A stretch of 64,000 bases of DNA from a virus. Under the pieces are notes generated by a model. That model was given only the letters and a program-made list of their open reading frames with translations, was not told where the DNA came from and searched no databases. The stretch lies in the IMG/VR virus record IMGVR_UViG_3300050821_004652, positions 5,085-69,084 of that record, one strand, 5' to 3'. Positions within the stretch are counted from its first letter, which is position 1. Each line of letters begins with the position of its first letter. The position numbers and the translations under genes are program-made. Of the stretch, positions 1 through 8,606 are shown one piece after another.

Positions 1-2
1 CC

Positions 3-242
3 ATCGACGCCGTGCGCACCACCGCCCGCCAGCTTGTGAAGGCAGGCGAGACCGCATCCGTTGAGATCGACGCGCGCGCGATCCGCGCTATCACCGAGTC
101 CCGCACCGCATTCTTGGACCTGGACGACAACGGCCAGGAAATGGCCGCCCCAGTCGTTTCAGGGCGCGCGCTGGACCTCGACCCCACATCGACCCTCGAA
201 TCGCTCCCAGCAGCCCCGCAACGCAGCCTGGAGCTTTTCTAG
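3..242 (+). CDS. Hypothetical protein, 5'-truncated
   Basis: Frame open from the window start to TAG at 240-242. Confidence 0.6.
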   Translation: MDAVRTTARQLVKAGETASVEIDARAIRAITESRTAFLDLDDNGQEMAAPVVSGRALDLDPTSTLESLPAAPQRSLELF

Positions 243-296
243 CGGCTATCGACCAATGCCGACCGCCTCAAGGGGCCGGCATTACTCGACAACCGT
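242..296. promoter_or_regulatory. Long intergenic hairpin 1
   Basis: AATGCCG 255-261 pairs with CGGCATT 277-283; TCGA/TCGA; CGG/CCG; lies just before an AGGAG RBS. Confidence 0.55.
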
Positions 297-309
297 AGGA
301 GCGAACACC

Positions 310-645
310 ATGCCATGCGATACCAGACTTAAGCCCAAGCAAACGATCTCCCAGCGTAAGGAAGAGATCACCAAAGTAATCGCGCGCCTGTCCGCCGGTC
401 TCGTTTCCGGTTCGATCAAGGTCAAACTTTCACCCCAAGGCGCCATCGCCTTCCAGGGGCTCACCGATCAGGACCGCGACGGAGTCACGGACGCTTGCGC
501 CTATCGCCGCTTGATGGCCACGGGAAGCGCCCTGGCCAAGGCGAAGGTGCAGGCCGCCCAGACCTTGCTAGGCAAGCCCGTCCTCACCCACGGTGCCCAC
601 AGTCACGACGGGGGCGCGACGTGGTACCCATCCCACAAGCACTAG
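310..645 (+). CDS. Hypothetical protein (MPCDTRLKP...)
   Basis: AGGAG RBS then ATG at 310; protein-like composition. Confidence 0.75.
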   Translation: MPCDTRLKPKQTISQRKEEITKVIARLSAGLVSGSIKVKLSPQGAIAFQGLTDQDRDGVTDACAYRRLMATGSALAKAKVQAAQTLLGKPVLTHGAHSHDGGATWYPSHKH

Positions 646-654
646 GAGGCAGCC

Positions 655-858
655 TTGCACGTATGGAAAGCAACCGCCTGGAACGGCTCCAATCCGAGCG
701 TTCACTACGCGCCCACCAAAGCCGAGGCCGCAGCCTGGATCAAAGAAGGAGACGCCGACAGTTTCGAGATCACGCAAATAACCGTTGGCCCAGGCCGGAA
801 AGGAGTCGCCGCAGTCCTCAATAATCTAATTTCCTACTATTGCCTGAACGAACACTAG
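655..858 (+). CDS. Hypothetical protein
   Basis: AGGAGG RBS, TTG start. Confidence 0.65.
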   Translation: MHVWKATAWNGSNPSVHYAPTKAEAAAWIKEGDADSFEITQITVGPGRKGVAAVLNNLISYYCLNEH

Positions 859-863
859 GAGAC

Positions 864-925
864 GCCGCACCCTGCCAGCCCCGCCGAGGCATGAAACCCT
901 CGCGCGGGGCCAAGGCAGTGCAGCA
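864..925. promoter_or_regulatory. Long intergenic hairpin 2
   Basis: CTGCC/GGCAG, GCCCCGC/GCGGGGC, CGAGG/CCTCG; ends in CAGTGCAGCAA. Confidence 0.6.
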
Positions 926-952
926 AGGACCAGCACAACAGGAGATCAACCA

Positions 953-1276
953 ATGACACCCGCCAAGAGCCTAGACGCACTCCACAACCACGCCCGCAGC
1001 TTTGTCACCCACTGGGCAAGCGACGACGGAGCGGACGACTTGCCGGCCGCCCGCGCCGCTTGTCGCGATGTGGCGAGCGCAGCGTCAGCACTCACCAAGG
1101 CGAACGACGCCGCCCGCGCCATGCTGGCCGCGCTGGAAAGTGTATTCCAAGGGATGCGAGTCGAAACACGCGGCGCCGATGGACGCCCCACCAAAGTCTA
1201 TCTAACGCTGGAATCGTGCCTACCCGTCGCACCCGCCATCGCCCAGGCGAAGGCCGCAGGGATCACCACGCCATGA
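953..1276 (+). CDS. Hypothetical protein with C-terminal AARAMLAAL...AIAQAKAAGI helical module
   Basis: AGGAG RBS; module shared with 2290..2673. Confidence 0.75.
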   Translation: MTPAKSLDALHNHARSFVTHWASDDGADDLPAARAACRDVASAASALTKANDAARAMLAALESVFQGMRVETRGADGRPTKVYLTLESCLPVAPAIAQAKAAGITTP

Positions 1277-1452
1277 CCCAGCCGGAAGAACCCACCAAGC
1301 CGCAAGCCTACGAGCAAGGCCGACAGGCGCGCCGAGATCAGCGCCCGTCGTGGGATTGCCCGTTGACCTACCCGCCACACATCCGCGCCGCATGGGGCGA
1401 GGGATGGCGCGACAGCGACGCCATGATCCGCGCCCTGGCGCCGCATCAATAA
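1273..1452 (+). CDS. Rmf/CrpP-fold small protein
   Basis: AYEQGRQARR...DCP....IRAAWGEGWR resembles the RMF pattern G-x-x-A...CPY...W-x-x-GWR; ATGA overlap. Confidence 0.6.
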   Translation: MTQPEEPTKPQAYEQGRQARRDQRPSWDCPLTYPPHIRAAWGEGWRDSDAMIRALAPHQ

Positions 1453-1487
1453 ATCCATTCCGGTTTTCCCATGGCCACACTCGCGCA

Positions 1488-1544
1488 GTGAGATCACCGG
1501 GCACGGTCGGCCCCAGCAGGACCGGTCGCACCCCGTGGACTCGC
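1488..1544. promoter_or_regulatory. Long intergenic hairpin 3
   Basis: In-register imperfect rod, 1488-1513 against 1519-1544, upstream of an AGGAG RBS. Confidence 0.5.
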
Positions 1545-1580
1545 AAAGCCACGACGACGACAACCACAGGAGAGAATCAC

Positions 1581-1787
1581 ATGACGATGTTTTATGCCCG
1601 CCTCATAAAGGGACGCGATGTTATCGAGCTAGTAGGGGAACCCACGCCGGACTCCCTGCTGGCCGCAGCCCGCAAGGCTCAAGAACTGCTGGCCAATGGC
1701 TGGACCTTCGTGCCCCAGGCCGAGCTTGCGGCCGAGGTACGGACCGCCACCATCCCCAGGCCCGGCCATTGGCCAACCGTCCAATGA
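1581..1787 (+). CDS. Hypothetical protein
   Basis: AGGAG RBS, ATG at 1581. Confidence 0.65.
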   Translation: MTMFYARLIKGRDVIELVGEPTPDSLLAAARKAQELLANGWTFVPQAELAAEVRTATIPRPGHWPTVQ

Positions 1788-1969
1788 CACGCAAAGCCGC
1801 CCTGGCCGCACTAAAGGCAGCCGCCGCCCAGGACGACCGCAAGACATGGACGCGAGTCTATGTGGAGAACCGAGTCAGCTTGCCCGTTGCGCTGCAAATG
1901 TGGCGCGAGGGACAAGCCTTCGCCCGATGGATCAAAGAACGCGACGCACAGAAGGAAACCACGCCATGA
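1784..1969 (+). CDS. Hypothetical protein
   Basis: ATGA overlaps at both ends. Confidence 0.65.
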   Translation: MTRKAALAALKAAAAQDDRKTWTRVYVENRVSLPVALQMWREGQAFARWIKERDAQKETTP

Positions 1970-2196
1970 CCACCACCAAGGGACTTTTCATTTGTACCGC
2001 TTGCGGCTCTGCCGACGTTCGCTGCGACGCCTACGCCGAATGGGACCACGACAGTCAGCAGTGGTCGCTTACGACCACATTCGACAACACCGACTGCGAA
2101 AATTGCGGCGGAGAATGTCACGTCGAATGGGTTGCGCTCGACAGCGAAAAGGCCCGCAACGGACTCGCCATGCAGGAAGCCGCCGCGGAAACCTAG
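1966..2196 (+). CDS. Zn-ribbon protein
   Basis: CTACGS...CENCGG. Confidence 0.7.
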   Translation: MTTTKGLFICTACGSADVRCDAYAEWDHDSQQWSLTTTFDNTDCENCGGECHVEWVALDSEKARNGLAMQEAAAET

Positions 2197-2266
2197 CCGC
2201 TTTGACGGTGAGGGAGAGACTCGAATCCGACTCGGTTTCGACTCTCCCGATCCGCCAGTGCAGCAA
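2196..2266. promoter_or_regulatory. Long intergenic hairpin 4
   Basis: GGGAGAG/CTCTCCC and TCGAA/TTCGA; GCCGC/GCAGC base and CAGTGCAGCAA tail as in hairpin 2. Confidence 0.6.
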
Positions 2267-2289
2267 ACCACTGGAGAAGGAAACGACAC

Positions 2290-2673
2290 ATGACAACTAC
2301 AACGAGACTCAGTGACAGAACCTGGAAGAAGCTAGACGCCGAACACGCCACCTATTGCCAGAATTGCGACTGGCAGGGACACACCGACGACCTAGACCCC
2401 ATCGCCAACGTGTGGGAACGCACGGACGAAGGAGACACAATATGGGCAGGCGACTGCCCCGAGTGTGGCGCAATGTGCTTCACCGTGGCCGAGATAGAAC
2501 GCCAGGAAAAACTACCAAACGCCGCCCGCGCCATGCTGGCCGCGCTGAAGGCAATGAACGGATATTTTCCGACCGCCCTACCAGCGCCCGGAGTACTTCC
2601 CACCGAGAAGATTTTGCGGATGCGCGCCGCCATCGCCCAAGCCGAAGCCGCCGGCATAAAGGTGCAGCCATGA
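2290..2673 (+). CDS. Zn-ribbon protein with AARAMLAAL helical module
   Basis: CQNCDW...CPECG; C-terminus similar to 953..1276. Confidence 0.75.
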   Translation: MTTTTRLSDRTWKKLDAEHATYCQNCDWQGHTDDLDPIANVWERTDEGDTIWAGDCPECGAMCFTVAEIERQEKLPNAARAMLAALKAMNGYFPTALPAPGVLPTEKILRMRAAIAQAEAAGIKVQP

Positions 2674-3116
2674 GAAAGCCACGCCCCTATGTCGTGCGCC
2701 TGGAATGGGCCTCCACGATCAGCTATTGCGACGTTGCAGTTAGCGCCCGCAATCCAGCCGAAGCCGTCCAAACCGCTTTCGAGGAATGTGACTACGATCA
2801 GCAGGACAACTATGACGACGGCGGAGAGACGTTCGCCACCGCCGTCATACCCTTTCGCACCACCGCCCAGGCCGAGGCTTGCATCGACAACCGCGCCGCA
2901 TGGGACTACGGCGGCTATGCGAACGTGCCACTAGAGCACCGCGACCCTCGCGACATTGCCTACGCTCACGAAAAGCGCGCCAACTATCTCGCCCAAGCCG
3001 CCAAGCGTGCCCGCGACTTGCTGGCCACGATCAGCCCGCAGACTTACGGAGACCTCGCAGCCCAGGTTGAGAACGAGATTCGCAAGCTGGACTATTTGTT
3101 GCAGGTGCAGCCATGA
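2670..3116 (+). CDS. Hypothetical protein
   Basis: ATGA overlap; MRKPRPYVVRLEW... Confidence 0.7.
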   Translation: MRKPRPYVVRLEWASTISYCDVAVSARNPAEAVQTAFEECDYDQQDNYDDGGETFATAVIPFRTTAQAEACIDNRAAWDYGGYANVPLEHRDPRDIAYAHEKRANYLAQAAKRARDLLATISPQTYGDLAAQVENEIRKLDYLLQVQP

Positions 3117-3352
3117 CCGCGCTCCGCTTCGTCGACCATCTTTTCCGCAGCGACGTTCGAGTCGCAATCCAACCTGACGACGCCGTAGCAGGCGCCGTCG
3201 AACAGCGCGGCCGATTCTTTTGGGCCGCCCTGGTGGATGAATCCACATGGAGCGCTTGCACCGCTCCCGAATGGATAGGGACCAGATGCACGCTTGACGC
3301 TGCGCAACGCCTTGTCGCGCGCAAATGGGGAAGGAGATTCGGCCATGAGTAA
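3113..3352 (+). CDS. Hypothetical protein
   Basis: ATGA overlap. Confidence 0.55.
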   Translation: MTALRFVDHLFRSDVRVAIQPDDAVAGAVEQRGRFFWAALVDESTWSACTAPEWIGTRCTLDAAQRLVARKWGRRFGHE

Positions 3353-3584
3353 AGGTTACGAAATCCGCGCCGCGCGCCGCGCCCGCGAACGCGAGCGAAA
3401 CCTATGCGGCGAAACGCTGGCCGAGTATCACGCCCGCGAGAACCCCGCGCGCGCCGCACCAGGGGCCGACATTCCCCGAGTCCGATGCCATGCCACTCAC
3501 GACTTGTTCGGTCCGGTTTTCGAGCATCCGGCCGCACGACAATTCAATATGGGATTCCTCCTCGGATGGAGACGCCGTGGCTAA
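3345..3584 (+). CDS. Hypothetical protein
   Basis: AAGGAG RBS, ATG at 3345. Confidence 0.55.
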   Translation: MSKGYEIRAARRARERERNLCGETLAEYHARENPARAAPGADIPRVRCHATHDLFGPVFEHPAARQFNMGFLLGWRRRG

Positions 3585-3840
3585 AATTTACGACTTCCCG
3601 ATGAAGGGACCGCCGCCCCCAACGGCGGTCCTTTTTCGTCGAACCCTTCGATCTCTTTACGGAGAACATTGGAAAGAGCGCGGCGCCCTCGCGCTCGACC
3701 TCAACTTGCGCACCGTCCGCCGCATGGCCGATGGACAGCGCCCGATCCCGCGCGACATTTGGGAAACCCTCCACCGCTTGCTCTTGGAAAAGACCAACCT
3801 CGCGCTCCTGACCCGCCGCCTGCCGGACGCGCCTCCGTAA
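3577..3840 (+). CDS. HTH (XRE-like) DNA-binding protein
   Basis: ALALDLNLRTVRRMADGQRPIP pattern; GGAG RBS, GTG start. Confidence 0.7.
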   Translation: MAKIYDFPMKGPPPPTAVLFRRTLRSLYGEHWKERGALALDLNLRTVRRMADGQRPIPRDIWETLHRLLLEKTNLALLTRRLPDAPP

Positions 3841-3918
3841 AAAGAATCCGGTTTTCCCGTGTCGATTCGGTTGTGCCGTGTCGATATGCTTGCATCAGGC
3901 CAAAAGGGAATCACTCGA

Positions 3919-4275
3919 ATGCTTAAGCCAAACCTATTCAAAAAGGGTCACGTTGACCCGAAGCCCACGACATCACGACGCGAGCTTATCGCCAGAACGC
4001 TATTCGAAAGCTGGGCAAAAAGGCACCCCGGCTGCCTCTACACATGGTCCGATATCTGCGGCATGTCGCCAATGTGGGACAAGATGCTGCTGGGCTGGAT
4101 GGAAGACGCGCACGCCGCCATCCAGGCGATCCCGTTCGAAGAAGATCTCCCCGGCCTCTTTGCCGAAGCGCGCAATCACGATGAAGATCGGTTTTGCCAT
4201 GGCTACAATGCCGGTCTCGAGAAGGCTTTCGAGATCGTCATGGCCTGGCGCAAGGCAATGATCGACGGACTTTAG
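3919..4275 (+). CDS. Hypothetical protein
   Basis: ATG after AAGGG; converges on the next gene. Confidence 0.6.
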   Translation: MLKPNLFKKGHVDPKPTTSRRELIARTLFESWAKRHPGCLYTWSDICGMSPMWDKMLLGWMEDAHAAIQAIPFEEDLPGLFAEARNHDEDRFCHGYNAGLEKAFEIVMAWRKAMIDGL

Positions 4276-4973
4276 TTGCCCAGCGCGTGATAGCCGGCCG
4301 GCGCCGCATTCGTGAACGATGCGAGCGCAAATTGCGCGGTGACAATCGCCGGCGTCGTGGGGTCGCTCACCACGACGTATGCCGGAAAGATGCTCCCGCC
4401 GCCGAGCGCGCTGATGTTTAGGCCGCCAGTGTTCGTCGCCGGATTTTGATTGGCCAAAATATCGTTGAGCCATCCGCCAGTGCCGACCCGTTCCCACAGC
4501 AGACCGAGAGTCGGATTGATCGCGAAACCAAGCACCGATCCGGCACTATAAGAGCCGATAGTCGCAATCTGCGTGCTGTTCTGTTCGACAGCGCCCGAAT
4601 GAAAGAACCCGATCGTCAGATTGGAATCGAACCCCAGCGTATTGCCAGCAGTCACGAGCATTGACGAATTTCCAACGCCGACCTGAGTGAACTGCCCAGG
4701 GTCCATTTGCGTCACGATGAGCTCGAAATAGTAATTCTTGCTGCCAACCGCGCCGACGTCCGTCCGCCCCGGATAGCCTTGCGTGGCCAGTAACGGCGCA
4801 GTCGCCACCAGCTTGTTAGGAGACAACGTGACGTTCGGATCGTGCTGCGTGGGACTCCAGGTGACCACCGTCGGCCCAGCACCACCGCTTGCCTTCACCA
4901 AGCCTTGCGGCATCCGCCCTGGTGGCAGCTTCGTAAACGGAAAAGTACCAGGAGGAAGATCCGACGCGCTCAT
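4272..4973 (-). CDS. SPRY/concanavalin-like domain protein, probably virion or receptor-binding
   Basis: VTLSPNKLVAT, KNYYFELIV, GSVLGFAI, IFPAY motifs typical of B30.2/SPRY. Confidence 0.65.
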   Translation of the reverse strand: MSASDLPPGTFPFTKLPPGRMPQGLVKASGGAGPTVVTWSPTQHDPNVTLSPNKLVATAPLLATQGYPGRTDVGAVGSKNYYFELIVTQMDPGQFTQVGVGNSSMLVTAGNTLGFDSNLTIGFFHSGAVEQNSTQIATIGSYSAGSVLGFAINPTLGLLWERVGTGGWLNDILANQNPATNTGGLNISALGGGSIFPAYVVVSDPTTPAIVTAQFALASFTNAAPAGYHALGN

Positions 4974-5449
4974 GGCTTCGCGGGAAATTCGCTCGCCATC
5001 ACCGTCTCATGGGTGAGCGGCGTATGCTTGGCATAGTCCGGTCCCTGCGTCGCCAGCACAGCACCGTAGCAGAGATCACACAACGCCATGCCGCCGATCG
5101 ACCCGTCAGGACGCGCCTTGTTCTCCACGATGACGCCGGTCGCCGCGCGCTCGCAGCGGATAGTCGGCTTTCCCGCCCGACCCCTAAGCGGCGCCTGGCA
5201 GCGCGCGATATCAATGCCGTCCCGACCGACGCGCGCAACGATCCTCGGATGAAACCGCGGGCCGCTTGACCGACCACGAAGCATCCCTTGTGAGGAAGCG
5301 GCGCGAGCAGCAACAACTTCCGGGTGTGCCTTCACCCAATCCCGCGCCCTTTTCATCGCCTCTATCTGACCAGGCGTGGGCATTCCGTAATCGTCCGGCG
5401 CCGGCGGCGAAGGCTCCTGCCCGCTTGCGTTCGTGAAGACCGCTGCCAT
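4970..5449 (-). CDS. Hypothetical protein with Cys pairs
   Basis: GGAG RBS; ATGA overlap. Confidence 0.55.
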   Translation of the reverse strand: MAAVFTNASGQEPSPPAPDDYGMPTPGQIEAMKRARDWVKAHPEVVAARAASSQGMLRGRSSGPRFHPRIVARVGRDGIDIARCQAPLRGRAGKPTIRCERAATGVIVENKARPDGSIGGMALCDLCYGAVLATQGPDYAKHTPLTHETVMASEFPAKP

Positions 5450-5459
5450 CTCCGTGCTC

Positions 5460-6905
5460 CTAAATTAGCTGCTGGGTGACAACCTCGATGAAGAGATTCC
5501 AGCCAGCACCAGGCCCGATGAAACCGGCCGCGCTGTTGCTCGCATCGACGTAAAGACCACCAGCCCCCGTGACCTTCGCCGTCACTTCACCAGTGTCCGT
5601 GTCCTCGTTGAAGGAATAGCTCCAATAGATCGCAAAGATACTGTGAGCGAGACCGCCGCCGACGGCTTGCAGCAAATAAGTCTGTCCATTGCCCGTGGAG
5701 TGCGCCGCGTCGCACCACAAAAGATTGCCGCCTCCGCCACCTGGCACCCAAACGGCGCCGTTAGTCTCCGCACCGTTGCTGCTGCAATTGTTTTCGAAAT
5801 GGCAGCCGATCACCATGCGGATACCGCTGTTGGCGAAGATGCCCGCGCTGCAATTGCCGATGAAATTCGTGGAGTAGACGAAGACTCCCGACGGCTCCTG
5901 GAAGGCCGTATCGGCCGAAAGCAGCAATCCGTAACCGTTGCCCCCCGTGTTCGAGAAGTTGCCGTTTACCCGAAGATCTCCCCCATGGATGTTGATTGAC
6001 GAAATAACACCGCCGCCAGCGCCAGAAGACGGATTGCGCAGATCGAGCCCGGAGCGAACGGCACCACGACAGAAGCATCCGTACAAGTCAGCCTCGAACA
6101 CCGCTCCATAAAACTGAATGCCATCTTGCGCGCAGCCGATCCCGGACACGTTGTAAAACTGCACGCCATAAATTCCATTGGCGTGCGAAGCACAAGAGAT
6201 GGTGATGCAGTTTTGCGCGACCGGAGTCCCACCCGTGTTCACGCCGTAGACCGTCAGATCATGGATCGCGAAACCAGCGACCTCGGTATTGGTCGGCGCA
6301 CTGTTCTGGATGGCGAATGTCAGAACGTCTTCGCTCGTATTCGTGAAGCCGGGCGAGATATGCGCGCCATGGAAATTGAACACCAGATCGTTGCCGCCGC
6401 CATTCATCGTCACCAGGATCGGCGCCGCAGCGACATAATCTCCCCAAATCCAATCGGCTCCATCGCCGTTGTCCACCGCGTTCTGCAAGAATGTTTGCAT
6501 GTTCGGAACGGGCGACGGCGGATAGCCGCCGCTGGCGTTCTGAAAAGTTGGAACCGCTCCGGCACCAGCAGAAGTGAGCACCTGGCCCGCTGTTCCTGGT
6601 GCTCCTGTCCACTGCGGCACCCCACCAGGCCCCGTCACGAGCACGTTGCCTTCGGCCGCGGCCGCCGTCACTCCTACCGGATTGGTGCCATTGCCGTACA
6701 GAATGCCGTTGAGGGTGAGCGACGACAAACCAGTGCCGCCGTTGGGAACCGACAGGACCGTCACAGGACCACCTCCGACAAAATCTGCAATCTGCTGGAG
6801 GGTGATGACTTGCTTAATCCCTCCCGCGCTGATGACCTCGAAACGCTCGTCGCCCGTGAGCTCGACGAGTTGCTGGACGCCAGGAACCTGCGGAACACTG
6901 GCCAC
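5460..6905 (-). CDS. Tail fibre/tailspike with parallel beta-helix (pectate lyase-like)
   Basis: LSVPNGGTG and GQVLTSAGAG fibre repeats, followed by Asn/Gly-rich beta-helix repeats. Confidence 0.7.
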   Translation of the reverse strand: MASVPQVPGVQQLVELTGDERFEVISAGGIKQVITLQQIADFVGGGPVTVLSVPNGGTGLSSLTLNGILYGNGTNPVGVTAAAAEGNVLVTGPGGVPQWTGAPGTAGQVLTSAGAGAVPTFQNASGGYPPSPVPNMQTFLQNAVDNGDGADWIWGDYVAAAPILVTMNGGGNDLVFNFHGAHISPGFTNTSEDVLTFAIQNSAPTNTEVAGFAIHDLTVYGVNTGGTPVAQNCITISCASHANGIYGVQFYNVSGIGCAQDGIQFYGAVFEADLYGCFCRGAVRSGLDLRNPSSGAGGGVISSINIHGGDLRVNGNFSNTGGNGYGLLLSADTAFQEPSGVFVYSTNFIGNCSAGIFANSGIRMVIGCHFENNCSSNGAETNGAVWVPGGGGGNLLWCDAAHSTGNGQTYLLQAVGGGLAHSIFAIYWSYSFNEDTDTGEVTAKVTGAGGLYVDASNSAAGFIGPGAGWNLFIEVVTQQLI

Positions 6906-6906
6906 G

Positions 6907-7215
6907 TCACGGCACCACCGGATTGAGAAGTTGCATGTTCGTGCCGTTGTACCGCATCAACCCCGTGGCGCCGACTAGCGCATCACCCGACGCTAGGGCC
7001 GTTGAAGCGCGCTTCACCAGGCCAACGGCTCCCAGACCGCTCACGTTGATAGTAGCCGCTCCCGTATTGGTGCCACCAAACTGGCAGGTATAGAGCGCCC
7101 CGGTCGTCAAAGCCGCCAGCGGCGGGCTTGGCGTCGCCACGATAGTATTGGTGCCCGTGGTCGTGCCCAGGTCACCATTTTGCATGATGTTGCCAGAAAT
7201 AGCGTTGGCGACCAT
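6907..7215 (-). CDS. Small tail-fibre-associated protein
   Basis: TNTGAATINVSGLGAV motif common in phage fibre N-termini. Confidence 0.55.
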   Translation of the reverse strand: MVANAISGNIMQNGDLGTTTGTNTIVATPSPPLAALTTGALYTCQFGGTNTGAATINVSGLGAVGLVKRASTALASGDALVGATGLMRYNGTNMQLLNPVVP

Positions 7216-7273
7216 CCAAACCCTCTACCTAATGTAGGCGGCAGTATAGCCGCAAACCCGCGATCTCCCAAGG

Positions 7274-7468
7274 CTACGGTTCAGCCGAAACCCTAGTGTA
7301 GGCGAAAAGCCGGACGCACGCCCATCGCCGGCAATACTCGCGTACCGATTCCCGATCATGGTGCCAGTCCTGCACCGGATCTTCGGCATACAGACCGCCC
7401 AGATGTCGAAAGCCGCCGCAATAGCACTCAAAGGCCGCAGCTTCGATGCGCTCTTGCACTGGCGTCAT
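7274..7468 (-). CDS. Hypothetical protein
   Basis: ATGA overlap with the upstream gene. Confidence 0.5.
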   Translation of the reverse strand: MTPVQERIEAAAFECYCGGFRHLGGLYAEDPVQDWHHDRESVREYCRRWACVRLFAYTRVSAEP

Positions 7469-8163
7469 GGCTCCGCCTGCGCCTCGTCGCCTTCAGGCAC
7501 CTCGAACCAATCGCCAGGCTCAAGATCCACCGGCGTCTTTGCAGGCGGTCCGCGCCGCATGTTCTGTACCGGGGTCGCGATTTCCTTTTTGGAATAGTGC
7601 CCGGCCAGGACATAGCCCCGGCACTCCTCCATTTGCCGCTTCCACTCTTCCGGGTGCATCTTCTCCGCGGGCCAGCCGAACGTGTCCATCCGGTCTCGAC
7701 TCACCACACCCTGGATAACCTGCAAGACTTTTTCCCCAGAGAGCCACACGCGATCGGCGCTTTCCGGCTTCCAGGCCAGGTCATCGGCTTGGCGGCGCGC
7801 CTCGATCAAGCACCAGAACGCCACACGCTGCCCGTGCACGGCACCAAGATCGTTGCCCTGGTCGATTGCCCAATTGTCCAATAGCTGGGCCCGCCGCGTC
7901 GCGTGTCCCTTGAAGTCGATCGCCGGCGTGCCCCGAAGACGATTCGGTTGTGGCAGGACCGCTTCGAAGTCCTTCGGCAACGGGAAGGGCTGCCGCGGCG
8001 TCGGAGAGAAACCAGACACCACCTCGACCCAGGCGCCGGCGAGCTCCTTGCCTTCAAACTTCTCGAGTTTTTGCCGATACGCCGGCCACGCCGCGGTCAC
8101 AGCCTCTTCGTCCAGGCCTTTGTAGACTGCGATCATCGCCGCCATCAGTTCTTTGAGCGTCAT
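7465..8163 (-). CDS. Replication-associated protein (possible helicase-loader/P-like)
   Basis: Directly follows the initiator-like gene; FPLPKDF resembles the FP-x-PA motif of such proteins. Confidence 0.45.
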   Translation of the reverse strand: MTLKELMAAMIAVYKGLDEEAVTAAWPAYRQKLEKFEGKELAGAWVEVVSGFSPTPRQPFPLPKDFEAVLPQPNRLRGTPAIDFKGHATRRAQLLDNWAIDQGNDLGAVHGQRVAFWCLIEARRQADDLAWKPESADRVWLSGEKVLQVIQGVVSRDRMDTFGWPAEKMHPEEWKRQMEECRGYVLAGHYSKKEIATPVQNMRRGPPAKTPVDLEPGDWFEVPEGDEAQAEP

Positions 8164-8606
8164 CAGTTGAGCCTATCCAACGCCGCCTTAGCCTTGGCGA
8201 TGCGCTCATCATTCCAGTTTTTCTTCGGCGCCGGCTGCACGAAGCCGCCGACCGGATCGTCGTAGACGCCTTCCAGCAGATTGCGGATCGATTTTTGTTG
8301 GAGGAAAAAATCCAGGCTGGGCCCTTTCCAAGTCTCCTCGCCGTTTTTGTACCGGCCTTTGGCCGTCGTCAGAAAAGTGCTTTTGGAGGCACGCTCTAAG
8401 GCCGTTTTCCAGCCCGCCAGGCCACCGTAGGTTTTCATGGCCCTCCGGATCGCCGTGATCCTTGCGTCATCACAGACGGTCGATTTCCGCCAGCCAACGA
8501 GCGCCGCAACCTCATTGTAGATATCGAGAACCTTCTGAATGTTTGGCGCCGGCTTGCCAGCAACCTCGAAATCCCCGCCGCCCCACATATCAAGTTGCTC
8601 TGCCAT
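8163..8606 (-). CDS. Phage replication initiator/replisome-organiser C-terminal-like protein
   Basis: WKGPSLDFFLQQKSIRNLLEGVYDD matches the W..DF.L......+LEG.Y motif. Confidence 0.65.
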   Translation of the reverse strand: MAEQLDMWGGGDFEVAGKPAPNIQKVLDIYNEVAALVGWRKSTVCDDARITAIRRAMKTYGGLAGWKTALERASKSTFLTTAKGRYKNGEETWKGPSLDFFLQQKSIRNLLEGVYDDPVGGFVQPAPKKNWNDERIAKAKAALDRLN

